Shown: positions 1 through 14,175, counted from the first letter of the whole stretch. The stretch: 60,846 nt of DNA, filler included, from Squatina squatina (GCA_031763465.1; 4 parts of 4 records of this genome joined end to end with filler, not necessarily neighbours in it); one strand, 5' to 3'. Notes: generated by a model not told the origin, from the letters alone. Numbers and translations: made by a program.

Positions 1-953
1 TTGACATTCTTTTGTTGCTTTGTGTGGCAAACAACAAATGCTAAGCTACATGCTGTAAACCATTAATACATGACTGTTTGCATTGAAACAATACCAATCT
101 ACGTGATGAGTAATGCACAAAAAATAGCTCAAATTTCTGCTTTGATTGCAGGACAGTTAGACCCATATAGGAGCTGACATGGGAATGCTTGCTAGAGATA
201 ATCATCTGAAATTTCGCTTTAGATACAGTCAGACCGTCTGAAGATGAATTTTCATCAAGACTTTGCAATTTCTTGATTGGTTCTGATGTCTGAAATCTGT
301 TAAACAAGATGTATTTGGCATCGACCACCTGAAGGCCAAGCCCTGTAAGCTCAGCCTTGGTGCTGTCACAAAGATTTAACAATTGTTTAGTTTCCCATTA
401 TCAGGGGAAACTACATCCAAACAATGTGAAAGTAATTTTGATGAAAATAATATCAAATAACTTGCAATCTTACATTATTGACATTAAAATGATTAATCGA
501 TCAATTTTTTGGTATTGTTGATTGAGGGATCAATGTTGACCAAGAACTCCTTGCCCTTCAAATTGTGCTTTGGAAATTCTTACATCCAGCTGAAAAGGCA
601 GGCAGGGCCTCAAGTTTATCATCTTATCCAAGAGACAGCTACATTACTGCTTTTGACTCTTTCTGGTAACTTACGTTGGGCTATGTTTCCGTAAATGCCA
701 GCAGCCCTGTGGTACTTCATCACTGTAGTTATTCTTTGTGTGTGATCTTATCATGTGTGACCCTAACCAAACCTCAGAGTATGCACACTTTCCTGTGATG
801 GATAGCAACCAGAGGCAGGAGGCAGGTATAGTGGCTGATTTTCCTCTTCTGCAACCCAATCCTGGTCTGGCACAATGCTACATGTATCCACTGAGTCATC
901 ACAAGAAATTTGAGGAAAGTTGAGGACAAGAGTGCCCAATTAAAAAAAAATTC

Positions 954-1157
954 TTGGGATGTGAGCGTCACTGGCAATTTATTGCCCATCCCTAGTTGCT
1001 TTTGAGAAGGTGGTGGTGAGCCGCCTTCTTGAACCACTGGAATCCATGTGGTGAAGGTACTCCCACATTGCTGTTAGGTAGGAAAGTCCAGAATTTTGAC
1101 TCAGTGACGATGAAGGAACATTGATATATGTCTAAGTCGGGATGGTGTGTGACTTAA
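954..1157 (-). mobile_element. 3' end of a non-LTR retrotransposon (LINE RT C-terminus plus 3' tail)
   Basis: Reverse strand resembles a common shark LINE 3' end (…gcggctcaccaccaccttctcaa…agggatgggcaataaat…); recognised by eye. Confidence 0.6.
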
Positions 1158-2587
1158 AAGAAAAAAAGCAAGATTTGCATTTATATANNNNNNNNNNNNN
1201 NNNNNNNNNNNNNNNNNNNNNNNNNNNNNNNNNNNNNNNNNNNNNNNNNNNNNNNNNNNNNNNNNNNNNNNNNNNNNNNNNNNNNNNAACTACAGGAAAC
1301 ACTTGCTGGCTCTGAAAGAGCATCTGTAGTTCCAGAGCATGCACAACAATAAGCAGGAAAGACAAAACTGAGATGACAGTAATATTCACTGATGCAGAAC
1401 ATCTGTTGAGTATTGTATCTGGCACAGTTAAAAACTGCCACATAACTGCTTCCGCAGTCACAGCACTCGTTGTAGACAGTGGGCTGATTAAGGATTACTG
1501 CAGATACTGGTTCTTATTCAGGCTCAGTTGAATTTTAGTAATTTGGTAGAACCAAACTAGAACTGAGCTTGCATGGTTTAGACTTGAAGGTTTTTTTAAA
1601 AAAAGTGTTGGAATGGAAACTTGGCAATGGAGAAAATGGTTGTTTACTATTAAGTTTGAAGAAGGAATAGCAATTGTTGCAATTCAGCGGTGGCAGTGAT
1701 TTATTGGGAGGCTGTTCACACATTAAGCCTAGGTAGTACACTTTGAAGGAGACCTCAATTAGTTAAAGCATTACAGTTAGGAAACCTTTTGAATCTCANN
1801 NNNNNNNNCAGTGATTGAGCATATAGCATGATACAACACAAAACTAGCTTGCCTTGTCTTTTCCCCCAGTGTGCAGCAAAGACACCAACTTGGCTTTAAG
1901 TCAAGCAACATCACTTTGATTCCCTTCAAAGATGTTCAGCAAGTTGCACTGAAACTTGAAAAAAAAACTATCAACATTCGTTAACCATGAAGAGCCTTTG
2001 AACTCGGGAGAAGCCATGTTAACATTGCCTTGCGCTTTCTCTGGGAAATTTCGGTTGGTATTGTCAGAAGTCAAAGTTTACTCTGGCTACATTAAGAGTT
2101 ACAGTTTTCATGTTTCTCCATAAAACATGTACAGATGTTATGTTGTCTAGCACAATTTCAGTCCTCAGGTGAATGATGAAGTGTGGATCGTTTTCAACTG
2201 AACAACAAGAACACATTCACAATTATTTGTTTCCAGTAACGTACAGTCAGTGTCCCGCTTCATTGGATTTGGTGGAAATAAATAAACAGTATTCACTCAG
2301 TATAACTGTCCCAAAGAAATATTGTTGTGTGCACTCCAGATTGGCAGATGTAACTGAACATATTCTAAATAGATTATTTGGGCCACTAAATACTTGGTAA
2401 TGAGTGAAAAGCACATTTAAACTCTTAAATTGTATTTATTGTACGATTATATAGAATTCCATTTATCAGTAGGTTGAAGGGTCAGAAAATATATTAATTA
2501 AAGCACCATTCATTGTATTGAATAGGTTGGCTATGACTAAATTTGTAACTAATTAATATATTTACAGATTACAATCACAAAGAGAGA

Positions 2588-2969
2588 AGCTTGCTTTTAT
2601 ATAGCATCTTTCGCACCCTCAGGACATCACAAAACATTTTACAGCAAATGAAGCACTTTTGAAGTATAGTCATGTGTAATATAGACAAATGGAGCAACCC
2701 ATTTATGCATAGCAAGACCCCACAAACAGCAATGAGACAAACAGCCAGATAATCTGGGTTTATTTTGATGTAGTTGACTAATTGTTGGCCAGGATACTGG
2801 AAAAGCTCCCCTGCTCCTCTTCAAGCAGCAGCATGGACATCCAGCAGAAAGAGCAGACAGGGTATCATCACTTTAACGTCTCATCCAAAAGGTAACACAG
2901 CACTCCTTCAGTACAGCACTGGAGTGTCTGCCTGAAGTATGGCTTGAGCTGACAATCTTCAGACTCAGG
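2588..2969 (-). mobile_element. Degenerate Deu-domain SINE copy
   Basis: Reverse complement aligns by eye with the SINE at 13701-14175 (core and 3' tail). Confidence 0.7.
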
Positions 2970-5900
2970 NNNNNNNNNNNNNNNNNNNNNNNNNNNNNNN
3001 NNNNNNNNNNNNNNNNNNNNNNNNNNNNNNNNNNNNNNNNNNNNNNNNNNNNNNNNNNNNNNNNNNNNNCCAAACCAGCTCAGAAGTTTTATAATGATTC
3101 AGTTTCAAACAGATTCAGCTCATAATTTGCACAGATTTGGAAACTAATCTGCAAGAGTTCTGCTTGGACACAAACAAACCAGTTCACCTGGAAGCAATCA
3201 ATCTTAAATTGACTCCATATTAAGTTTAAATATCTCAATTGTAATTATTTTATACTCGATATATACTGGGAAAATGGAGCAGAATAAATTTACTCCAGCT
3301 AATGTATAGAAATAAGCACTAATCACATTTAAATTAATACTAAAATATTTCACACATGTTAACCCTTCAATTTCTACTGCAATAAGAAAAGTTATTAAGT
3401 AGTAAGGCTCCTCTGAGCTGAGAAATAATCCATAATATCTTAAGTATATGTTGAATTATTTGTAAAACTATTGGACTCTATTTTTTGCCCCATAGGATTC
3501 CCAGTGTTGCCACTTTCTATCATAGTACCATTTCCTCTTTCAGCTGCAAGAATAACATTATTTGGTTCTATCCCNNNNNNNNNNNNNNNNNNNNNNNNNN
3601 NNNNNNNNNNNNNNNNNNNNNNNNNNNNNNNNNNNNNNNNNNNNNNNNNNNNNNNNNNNNNNNNNNNNNNNNNNCTTGGCAGAGCTACAGAAACAGTCTG
3701 CCACTATGATGCAAACACTGAAGCTCACGTGGAGTTGGCTAAAAGGAAGCTGATGACAGGCTGGGGACGTTAGACAGCCGGGGAAAGTTACAAAGACATC
3801 TGGAGTAAGGATTGAGGCAGAGGCCCCAAAGGTTGATGGGATCTTTTCAACCCACAGCAGCACAGCTTGAAAGACCTGGGCTTAAGATAGAGCTTTGTGC
3901 TGTATTGGAACTTCTGCTTGATCTGAGTTCTTTCAGTTTTTGAACCTCTGACCGTTTCTGTTTACATTTGCAAAGGCTTTGTTCCCACCCAACTGTACTT
4001 TTGCCTTGAGGAGTTTAAATAAGCGATGCTGCACTGTACAGCGATACAATGATTTCATCTAAAAGGCATCTGCTGTAAACAATCTTTATCATGTCCCAAT
4101 TTACTCCACAGTTGCAACTGAAAAGTTAACAGCCAAACTGAATTTCGAAGTTGAAGTGACCCAATAGGGAGCTGTCTCTGATTAACTGGTGCACAAATTA
4201 ATTATAGATTTTTGGATATTAAGGAAATCCAGGGATATGGTGATAGTGCAGGAANNNNNNNNNNNNNNNNNNNNNNNNNNNNNNNNNNNNNNNNNNNNNN
4301 NNNNNNNNNNNNNNNNNNNNNNNNNNNNNNNNNNNNNNNNNNNNNNNNNNNNNNCGATGTGGTTGACTCAATTTTTAAAAAGGGACTACGACGTAAGGGT
4401 AAGAAGACTTGAGCTTTACAGCCTTGAACAAAGGGCTCAAGAGGGACATCATCGAAGTACGTAAAATGGTACAGATACTGTAAACCCCAAATGAATACTT
4501 CAAAACAAGCCAAGAAAGTAGGCTGAGAAGATTTAAAGGGAAATGAGAACAAAGAGGGCATTTCACCAAGTACAGTAATGAATTAATCACAGTCATGTTT
4601 TTCTTATTGAATTTAAATTTGTATTTATACTTGCTTTGCTGGAATTCCTTGTTTTGAGGACTTCCTTCAAAAAAGCCTGTGTTTGGACACTAACTCTTTG
4701 ATCGTTATTTGCCTTGAGCTGAAATAATGAGGCCATTTCACCTCCAACAGCATGACATGGCCCAAGGGCAACTTTCCAGTCTGTCAGAAAGACTGCAAAC
4801 AGGGGAATCAGAATCACTAATCACGCTGCAATTCCCAGATGCAATTTCTGGCTCTGGAGACCACTTCAGCACTGCCAAATTCAATCTTCTAATGGGATGC
4901 TGTTCATATTACAACTGGATATTTTCATGAGATGCACATTATAGATTCCTATGGGTGTGTCACTGTCTCAGTCAATAGCTGTTGAAAAAGTAAATTTTAC
5001 TTTTGGGAAATTTATTCACACCAAAATCGCTTATCTGTCAGCTGATTGATAATCTAAAAAGAAACTAAGTAGGTGTTTCCAATGTAATTTCATATGCGTG
5101 TGTTTGGGGATGGGAGGAAGGGGATGTGGAAGAAGACAATTTTGGCACATTACTGAAGTTGCTTTGTCCACATATAGTTGCATTTTAGAGCAGCAAATAA
5201 TCCAAATATTATAATATAACCAAATACCCTTATTGCCCACCATGGCTTCAATTATTCTGATTGTACAACAATACAATATAAGTAAAGCACCTATTAAAAA
5301 ATTGTAAAAATGAGCTATGGAGGCGGGAGGGGTGAAATAAACTGGGTGGCAGAATCCAATGCTACCCATTTACCTTGGCAAACCTGGATTCAAATCCCAA
5401 CCAGACTAGGATGAAAATCCTTTCTTCATGCCGGTTGGAGGGGTCCTATGCGAGTTCAGACAGTATAAACACATTTTTCAGTGGACATAGGTACACAACA
5501 GAAAACCAGCCAAAAACTGGCATTTAGTAGCAAGCTTACTCATAAGGATGGTTAGTGTTGGAAATGGGAGGTGGGGGAGGTTTGGAAATCGTACGGTGCA
5601 GTGACAGATCTTCTGAGGCTGAGGATTAAGCAACACTGTTGGGGCACAGCACAGCAGGTTTCAGTCAGCATCACTCGTGCTATACCTGATCTAGGAGTGC
5701 TTGTTGATGAAATCTGGTATCCTAGTTGGAAAAGTGTTCCATTCCCTGGAACTGACATCCTTCACCTCAATGTGTGCAAACATTCATAAAACGTAACAGA
5801 GAACAAATCGCTAGAATAAATCATGCTTTAATGCTGTAATGCTCAATAATATAACTATTATTCAAATCTAATTATATATTTTTATTAATTCCTGTTACCC

Positions 5901-6716
5901 ACAAATCTTTGTCTCCTTTGCTAGTGGAATAAGATGGACTGGGTCATAGTCTTCTTTTCTATAGCCAACATTGCTCGCAGATTAACCGGCAAGTATTTCA
6001 CTAATAGGGTTAAATAATATTGTTATAGCTTCCTTCCCTGGAGAAGCTGAGAGTTAGAAAAACTAACCCACTGATGGGATACCTGTTAAAGTGACAGTCC
6101 AGATTGAGAATTTAACGTGGGCTCTCTGAACTGTAATCCAGCATTTTATCTATATAACTATTATATACCACTCAGTATCATGTTCCCACTTTCTCCCCAG
6201 GTTGAGGAAAGGATTGGGCTCAGCTGTGATGTTCTTCCGCAAGTGAAAAACCTGCTTACATTCACTTCCAAGGCTCATACACAAATAATAGTTACTTGAG
6301 CCCAACTGGACAGGCTTCTCTAAAACCATACCCCAGCAATGACTCAATGAGGAGAGCAGAGGAAAAAGGTGGCAGAGAAAATTGATAATATAACCCCAAA
6401 CTGATTCACCTGGATTCAGTACTCCGAAACCACGTGAACTTTGACAAACAAAACTTTCAGGAAATGAGGGAATAGCTATAAACATTACTGAAAAAAACTA
6501 CTTGTTAGGTAGCAGCTGGTTCTCACGCTCAGACAAACACCAACCTTGCTGGCTGAGATGCGTTAACTCATCACAGACTGGGACAGGGATTTACAATATT
6601 CTGGCTTACTACAACANNNNNNNNNNNNNNNNNNNNNNNNNNNNNNNNNNNNNNNNNNNNNNNNNNNNNNNNNNNNNNNNNNNNNNNNNNNNNNNNNNNN
6701 NNNNNNNNNNNNNNNN

Positions 6717-7030
6717 TTTATTGATTAAACTTTTCTCCCCACCGGGTAACACCATCCAAAAAAACCCGGTGGTGTCACCACTACCTTTAAATGCCGGTAA
6801 CTTACCTGAATTGTGGGACGGCCAACCATTTTCAGCGTTGCGCACACTGATGACATCATGGACGCCACCTAGTGCCGTACGCTGAGTTGCAGCGCCATTT
6901 TGTACACCGTGTTAGGCCCCGACTAATTGCCTGGTGGGGCAGTTACTGCCGACAAATGGCGTGCGGGGCCTAACGCCGATTCAACGCTACTTTCCGGCGG
7001 CCGGTAATTAACGAATTGTACGCCCCAGGA
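6717..7030. mobile_element. CpG-rich non-autonomous DNA transposon/MITE fragment
   Basis: Local CpG enrichment; internal inverted repeat gtgttaggccccg (~6909) / cggggcctaacgc (~6964); ends in aattgtacgcccc. Confidence 0.4.
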
Positions 7031-7304
7031 ATTTATCATGGGTATTCACTAATAATCGCTTTTAACTCTCCCCACGGAACAATGAAATATGAAACCACCG
7101 TACCTGAAAACTGCTTTGTTGCATCACACTTCTGGCAGAAACTGGCCCCTCGACCAGAAAAGGTATTTCTCGGGCAAGGTTTGCAGACTGACAACCCAGC
7201 AGCATCACTGAAGGTGCCAGGCTTACACGGGAAACATCCCGAGGTGTAGGCTACACCTGTTCAAAATAAAATCAGACATTCAGCGCACATTCCTTAACCT
7301 GAGG

Positions 7305-7578
7305 CTTGCTGTTGGTTTGAAGTCACATGTAAGCCAGACTGGGTAAGGATGCCAGATTTCCTTCCCTAAAGTCCATTAGTGAACCAGATGGGTTTTTACG
7401 GCAATCCGATAGTTTCATGGTCACCATTACTAACACTAGATTTATATTCCAGATTTATTTACTAAACTAAATTTAAATTCCCCAGCTGCCGTGGTGGGAT
7501 TTAAACTCGTGTCTGGAGCATTAGTCCAGGCCTCTGGATTACCAGTCCGGTAATATAAACACTATGCTACCATTCCCG
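7305..7578 (-). mobile_element. tRNA-derived SINE, second family
   Basis: Reverse complement starts ggtagcatagtg…gagtttaaatcccaccacggcagctggggaattt; the same family occurs on + at 40405-40552. Confidence 0.7.
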
Positions 7579-7579
7579 A

Positions 7580-7875
7580 AAGCTTGATAGTAGAGTGTCT
7601 ATGGATGTTGTTTGTATGGACTTCCAGAAGACATTTGATAAGGTTCCACACAAGAGGTTGTTAGCAAAATGAGAGCGCATGGAATTCGAGGTAACCTTAT
7701 GATGTGAGTTGGTAATTGGTTGACAGGTAGGAGACAGAGATAAGGGTTAAAGGGTTTGATCACTGGCATGATGTGTGCTGTTTCTGAGGCATCTGTACTG
7801 GGGCTTCAGCTTTATACTATATACATTATGATTTGGATAAAGGAATAGAGTGTTCCAAGTTCGCAGATGACATTG
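7580..7875 (+). mobile_element. CR1 LINE RT fragment (pseudogenised)
   Basis: Translates to DVVCMDFQKTFDKVPHKRLLAK, a typical CR1 RT motif; later SKFADD. Confidence 0.85.
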
Positions 7876-7884
7876 GCTTGGATT

Positions 7885-9000
7885 TTGCAGTCAGCAGCGA
7901 AGGGATGGCGCTCACCAGTGGCCTCAAAAAGGTGCCCACAAAGATTTAGCAGGCTCTGAAGCATAGAGTTCTTCTTTTCTGAGGTCTGTTTCAATTTAGC
8001 ACCTTCTACTGGGGATTTGTGGCATTTGGCACCAGGGCAGGCAGCAGGCAGTCTGCTCAACCAATCAGATTGAAGAATCCTCAAAGACAGCAAAGCGGGA
8101 AGTAAAAAGTAGGGAAAATAAATTAAATTTAAATCCCTGTACAGAAAGCAAAATAAAAATTGGGACATACACACGGGGTTAAGGGAGAAACTATGATATC
8201 AGAACAAAAACATTAAAAATATATTAAAAATCTGCAAATTTTTAAATGTTCCTCTGAGGGAACACTTCTAAATTAGAATTTGTGGACAGCAGCTAAGCAA
8301 AGCCATTCACTGCTGGCTCCGAAGAAAGCTGCCCACATAGATCTCATGACGTCTGTGGCGAGAAGTTTGGATCTTTCAATGTGCAGTTGAGATCAGTGTA
8401 GTTTAATGGAAATTCCATAGCGTGAGCTGCTGTGACGTCAACAAGATGTGTAAGCAGCCAATCACAGTGCAGGATTCTCACAGACAGGGAACCAGGAAGT
8501 GAAAAAGCTGCTTTTATTCTGTCTTTTTAAAAACGTTGTACAGAGCAAAACAAAGATTGGGGCCCTCACAAGGCAAAAAAGTAATCCTGAAGTAAATTTA
8601 AACAAACTTTAAAAAATAAATTAAAGTCTCTTAAAAATTGTAATTTACAACATTATGGAGAAATCAGACACTCCGCAAAATTTTCAGGGCCATGACCTTT
8701 GTTTAGCAGTCAATGTGCTGTTAAAACCCCAGTTATATTCGACAGGGCCTAGCATTTAATGGGGTATTTAAAAGTGATATTACCGCGGAAAAGCCCACGT
8801 TTTCATCAGTTTCACTGATTTCTGACTATGGGAGGGGTGATGGGGTCCACGGCGTAGCCAGTGGCGGAGCAGTGTATGACTGACTGCAACTTCAGAATTT
8901 CCACTAAGCACTGCATCCTGAAGTTGCAGTCAGTTTCAAAGGGGTAATAACAGCAAACGTTGTTAATTCGCCATTATTACCCACCGTATAATCGGGCCCA
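7885..9000. mobile_element. Non-autonomous DNA transposon relics (family also at 24810-25452)
   Basis: Motif ccaatca…gattctca…gacag…ggaagt occurs at ~8061, ~8458 and in reverse at ~25230-25275; similar ends aat(t)cgggcc at ~8991 and ~25441. Confidence 0.45.
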
Positions 9001-12000
9001 ATGAATTGAACTTGGAAGCGTCTGACCTGTTTCGATTAGAACTACACCCAGCAGTGCCTTTAACCACTAAATTATCCGCAGATTTCTAATGACCATTTTT
9101 AATGAGCCCTAAAAGCATTTATGTGAAGGCAGCTGGTAATTAAAAAACTTGGTCAACTTAAAATTCAAATGTGATTATTGTGGTTTTACTCAACTACTTT
9201 TCCATTCAATTATATCCTATTTATTTACATTCTCACCTCTTCATATACGTACATAGCTCAGGATCACGCTGAACTTTGCCTGCAGTCTTAAAGTTATCCT
9301 TGCAGAATGAAAAAAGTTAATCCGCTATCAAAGAAAATTTCCGGATAAGCCAGACTAGAAGGGGTTAAAGTTTTAGTACCACAGAACATCTTTCACAATA
9401 AATTAATTTTTGATTTGTGCAGCAGCTAGGTGCTCCGTAATAAATTTGTTCACACTGCTTATAGAATAATTTTCGACAAAGGAATTTCATTTAGCCTGCA
9501 TGTCAGTTTCGTGTCAGTTGCCAGATGTCAGCCGTGCTGCGCCAACTTTAAAGGAAGGCTTCTCCAATCCCCTGCCTGCTGTGTAAGCCTCTCCATTTGG
9601 TGCTCTTGCCTCCACAGCACGGGGCTTCCAAATGCTCAGGGATCAGTTACATTAAATTCCTGAGGATGAATTTTCAATTTTCTCATGGCGTTCACAAGGT
9701 TCGGGGGAAGAAATAAAGTCAAAACTGCTGTATTCCCATTTTTCTTGGCCTAAGTAGACAAGTTTTAGAACCACCAAGACATTTCAGTCTTAAAGAGACA
9801 ACTTTCCTCCCCCATGCCCCACCCCCGCCCAAAAGCATCACCCTTAAAACAAAACCATATGCCCTTTAACAAATCCTAGCCTATTAAAAAACCCATTAAG
9901 GTTCTATAGAAAATGCATTTATATTTTACAAGGTAATAAAAATAAAAACTACTTAAAAGAAAAAGTTTAATTGGATGGATTATGGTTCCCCTCTTTTATG
10001 AATTATGCAATTATCATAAAGCAGCTGAGATCAGATAAAAATTAATTGTTTTCAAATCTAACACTAACTCAGTTGAACTTCTTCAAGCTTTTTGTTCCAC
10101 ATTCACATGGTATTTTGAACAGTTGTATGTTTTTTTCAATGTGTTCAGCATCCTTTCATCCACAGTCTATTTTCTTTATCTACAAGGCACGTAATGCCAC
10201 TGATAAACCAAACAACTTCATATGCACAGATGGAGCAGCTGCTAACATCAGCTGTTTGGTATTCCCAAAAGGATTTCATTTTTTGTTTCACAGCCTGTGT
10301 TTAATGCTTTTTTTAAAAAAAAGTGTTTTTTTTCCTCCCTTTTATCTACTCCGTAGGGACCTCGTCATTGATATGCAGTCTTGTGGTCAGGCCAGTCTAA
10401 CCCATGGGATTCTCCATGCGCACCTTCAAAGCCGCTTACTGTATGGTCAGTAGAAGGCGAGCTTACATTAGAAGAAAGGAGATCTTGTCAATTTTGTCTC
10501 CCATTGATTTATGATTGAGCAATCCAGCTGAGAACTCTGNNNNNNNNNNNNNNNNNNNNNNNNNNNNNNNNNNNNNNNNNNNNNNNNNNNNNNNNNACAG
10601 AAGTGCTGGGACTTGAGCACATGACATCTGTTTGGGAATCAGATGCTTTACTACCTGAACTATGGGACCCCTGACGTTCAATGTTGTTAAATGTTAGGGG
10701 CTTTAAGGCAGCATCTTGCTCGTTGACAAAATGCTTCGGTGCGCATAGAAAGACTTGTAAAAGCAGCACTGCTTCAACCGCGCCAGTAACATGCACAATT
10801 GCAGCATGTTGTTTGCAGAGGCCAGGTTAACAGAGTCAATTAAAAACTGCAGTTGTATTGAATAGTTTGTGAAGAGATTGATTATTTCTGATATTCCGGT
10901 GGAATTTCGTTATGCTTCACTTTAACACATAATAAAAAGCAATTGGATTTACCGATAGGATTCTATGCCCAATTATAGAATGCATTTTTAAAATAGCCAT
11001 CAGCAACGCCTCTTAAAGGAATGGCAACCACATCATTCAATATGGTACGTCTGTACAATTTAAGAGGGGGGGAAATCTAACATCTGCTCAGCATTCGCAT
11101 TGCTTCAATGTGCTCTAGCCTCTGATGATGTCAGTCCACTATTCTGATTGATCTACCACTCACTCTATTGGGTACCACTGAAAATTTGAATTGCTACCTT
11201 TCTGAGAGAATCAACATAAAGTATGTCAATTTGTTGCCCGACACTTAATTAAAGTCACCCAAGTGTCTTATTATCGCAACTGTTGTTAACTGAAAATGTA
11301 AGTTTTTGGACTTCTGAATTGATAAGAGGCTTGTGAACTTATTGCAGGTTTCTTTAAAAAGTCACCACGAAATCGGAAAAGCTTCATATGATCCTGCATA
11401 TCACGCAATTGAAACCCATAGACCAACAAGTAATGTCTCCTTTACTAATATTCGCGAATTNNNNNNNNNNNNNNNNNNNNNNNNNNNNNNNNNNNNNNNN
11501 NNNNNNNNNNNNNNNNNNNNNNNNNNNNNNNNNNNNNNNNNNNNNNNNNNNNNNNNNNNNNNNNNNNNNNNNNNNNNNNNNNNNNNNNNNNNNNNNNNNN
11601 NNNNNNNNNNNNNNNNNNNNNNNNNNNNNNNNNNNNNNNNNNNNNNNNNNNNNNNNNNNNNNNNNNNNNNNNNNNNNNNNNNNNNNNNNNNNNNNNNNNN
11701 NNNNNNNNNNNNNNNNNNNNNNNNNNNNNNNNNNNNNNNNNNNNNNNNNNNNNNNNNNNNNNNNNNNNNNNNNNNNNNNNNNNNNNNNNNNNNNNNNNNN
11801 NNNNNNNNNNNNNNNNNNNNNNNNNNNNNNNNNNNNNNNNNNNNNNNNNNNNNNNNNNNNNNNNNNNNNNNNNNNNNNNNNNNNNNNNNNNNNNNNNNNN
11901 NNNNNNNNNNNNNNNNNNNNNNNNNNNNNNNNNNNNNNNNNNNNNNNNNNNNNNNNNNNNNNNNNNNNNNNNNNNNNNNNNNNNNNNNNNNNNNNNNNNN

Positions 12001-12319
12001 NNNNNNNNNNNNNNNNNNNNNNNNNNNNNNNNNNNNNNNNNNNNNNNNNNNNNNNNNNNNNNNNNNNNNNNNNNNNNNNNNNNNNNNNNNNNNNNNNNNN
12101 NNNNNNNNNNNNNNNNNNNNNNNNNNNNNNNNNNNNNNNNNNNNNNNNNNNNNNNNNNNNNNNNNNNNNNNNNNNNNNNNNNNNNNNNNNNNNNNNNNNN
12201 NNNNNNNNNNNNNNTGAGTATGCGTTTGTAATGAGAAGGAGAGTTGGTATAGTGTGCGCTTGAGCTGGGTGCTGAAGGACATGATGGAAGAAAGAGAGAG
12301 GTGGGGGAGGAGATGCAGG

Positions 12320-12500
12320 ACTGCCGGCAGGTCATTAAAGCGGTTCCTGCACTCTATCCAGGCCCTGCAGGTCACACTCCTGTGTTTGGCCAGAGTGTTT
12401 GGCAGCCCTTTTGGCACTGCTGGGGAACAGGAGTTTCCTTTTAGCCCTCACCTCTTCTACAACCACCTCCAGGGAGGCCTCTGAGAACCTAGGGCTTCAG
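12320..12500 (-). mobile_element. Harbinger-type Myb/SANT DNA-binding domain relic
   Basis: Reverse strand reads PRFSEASLEVVVEEVRAKRKLLFP…(shift)…RAWIECRNRFNDL, the Myb/SANT pattern of PIF/Harbinger ORF2. Confidence 0.7.
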
Positions 12501-13584
12501 TATTTCACTGAAGATTCATCTTTCAGCACCTTGAAAATGCATTCCTACTTTAAATAGGCCTCAGGCTGACACACCAGAATTTGTTCCCCGGAACTGGTTT
12601 CCGGATGGGTCAGCCAATTCAGTGAGAAACTCACTGATGAGATTAAAATCAGGAGTTAAAATGCCCCAGGTCTGTTTTTGACAGAAGTGGGTGAGTTTTA
12701 AACTGAAAGGGGTACTCGCCCACCCAAAACTGCCCTGGAGTTAAAATAATTACAGTGGTAAAGGATTCTGTTGCTTTAAAAATACGACATATATTAGCAG
12801 AATTCCAATTTCCAGCCGGGTCCTCCCTACATTTTCACAAACTTCCATTGCAGTATCTTCCTTTGATAAATGTCTGGCTAGCATTCAAACAACCTGAAGG
12901 TAAAACTAAAGTTATTGCTCATAACTTAAATGTCCAAATCCCTATCACATCTCTTGTTTTGATAGGTGATTGAGATCTGAGGGAGCTCCACAAGTGTTCT
13001 GCACCTGCTTACACACTGCAGTCGCCAGCTGTTTTCTCCAAAGAGCTGGCTTTTCTGTTGAATTACACTGACAGTGGTTGAAAGATGATAGACCCGCTCT
13101 TGTTCGTCAGGAATTTTGCTAGTATTAATACATTTGTTCACAAGGATGGGAACATTGCCCTTAAATATCCTTCTTAATTATGATTGAGGAAATCTGCTCG
13201 AGTTCGTTCAGGGCTACTGTCCCAATAACTGACCATTTCAGCCTTTTACAAAGCTCTGATTAATAAAATCTCGTCAAGAAGCTTTATTAATCTTTTCCAA
13301 CCTCAGATCCTTTCCCAGAATAAAACCCGCTCAGACCAGAATGTCGCTCCAGTATGCTGAGACATACGGCAGCATGATCACTGAGTGGCAAATACAAACT
13401 TGGGAATGACCTGTTAATCATCGAATGAAACAGCGCAGAAGGAGACCAATTGGCCCATTGTGCCATGTTGTGCCATATTATGCCTAATACAGCAACACAC
13501 ACAAAACAAATCCTCTGTCTTATATTTCACCTGATGGCATCTCACAATGAATGAGGCACCTGAATGATAACTCTGTGACAGCTC

Positions 13585-13684
13585 NNNNNNNNNNNNNNNN
13601 NNNNNNNNNNNNNNNNNNNNNNNNNNNNTTAATTAATTAANNNNNNNNNNNNNNNNNNNNNNNNNNNNNNNNNNNNNNNNNNNN
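13585..13684. other. Artificial scaffold linker N44-TTAATTAATTAA-N44
   Basis: Palindromic 12-mer with stops in all six frames, centred in exactly 100 nt; identical construct at 31286 and 46650. Confidence 0.95.
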
Positions 13685-13700
13685 CCTATATTTTAATGTT

Positions 13701-14175
13701 GGCTGTGGCTCAGTGGGGCAGCACTCTTGCTTCTGATTCAGTAGGTCGTGGGTTCAAGTCTCACTCCAGAGACTTGAGCTCATAATCCAGGCCGACACTC
13801 CCAGTTTCAGTGCTGAGGGGGGGAGCGGGCGCTGCACTGTCGGAGATGCCGCCTTTTGGATGAGACGTTAAACCGAGGCCCCATCAGCCCTCTCAGATGG
13901 AGGTAAAATATCCCGCGGCCACTATTTCGAAGAAGAGCAGGGGAGTTCTCCCCGATGTCCTGGGGCCGATATTTATTCCTCAATCAACAGCACTAAAAGA
14001 GATGATCGAGTCATTTAGCTCGTGGCTGTTTGGGGGAGCTTGCTGTGCACAAATTGGCTGCCGTGTTTCCAACGTTTCAACAGTGACTACACTTCAAAAG
14101 TACTTCAGTGGCTACAAAGTGCTTTGGGACCTCCTGAGGTGGTGACAGGCGACATATAAATGCAAGTTCTTTCTT
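13701..14175 (+). mobile_element. Near full-length Deu-domain tRNA-SINE (SacSINE1-like)
   Basis: Pol III A box TGGCTCAGTGG (13706-13716), B box GGTTCAAGTC (13751-13760), Deu core gctgcactgtcggagatgccgcc…gatgagacgttaaaccgaggcccc…gaagagcaggggagttctcccc, L2-like tail ending atataaatgcaagttctt. Confidence 0.85.

Noticed and set aside
41-382. 113-aa minus-strand ORF
   Set aside because: Non-ATG start, no recognisable homology, no convincing splice signals
3675-3890. QVFQAVLLWVEK resembling a kelch BACK-domain motif
   Set aside because: Similarity limited to a few residues; flanking sequence does not fit
11333-12417. Long ORFs of ~290-340 aa
   Set aside because: Consist almost entirely of N-gap (X) codons
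9255-13060. Several micro-exon-like AG…GT segments (~9255-9300, ~10357, ~13012-13053)
   Set aside because: Peptides not recognised; such signals are common by chance
13629-13640. TTAATTAATTAA as a homeodomain site or piggyBac footprint
   Set aside because: Embedded symmetrically in N runs three times; an assembly linker
13701-13770. tRNA gene
   Set aside because: A/B boxes continue directly into the SINE body; this is a tRNA-derived SINE head
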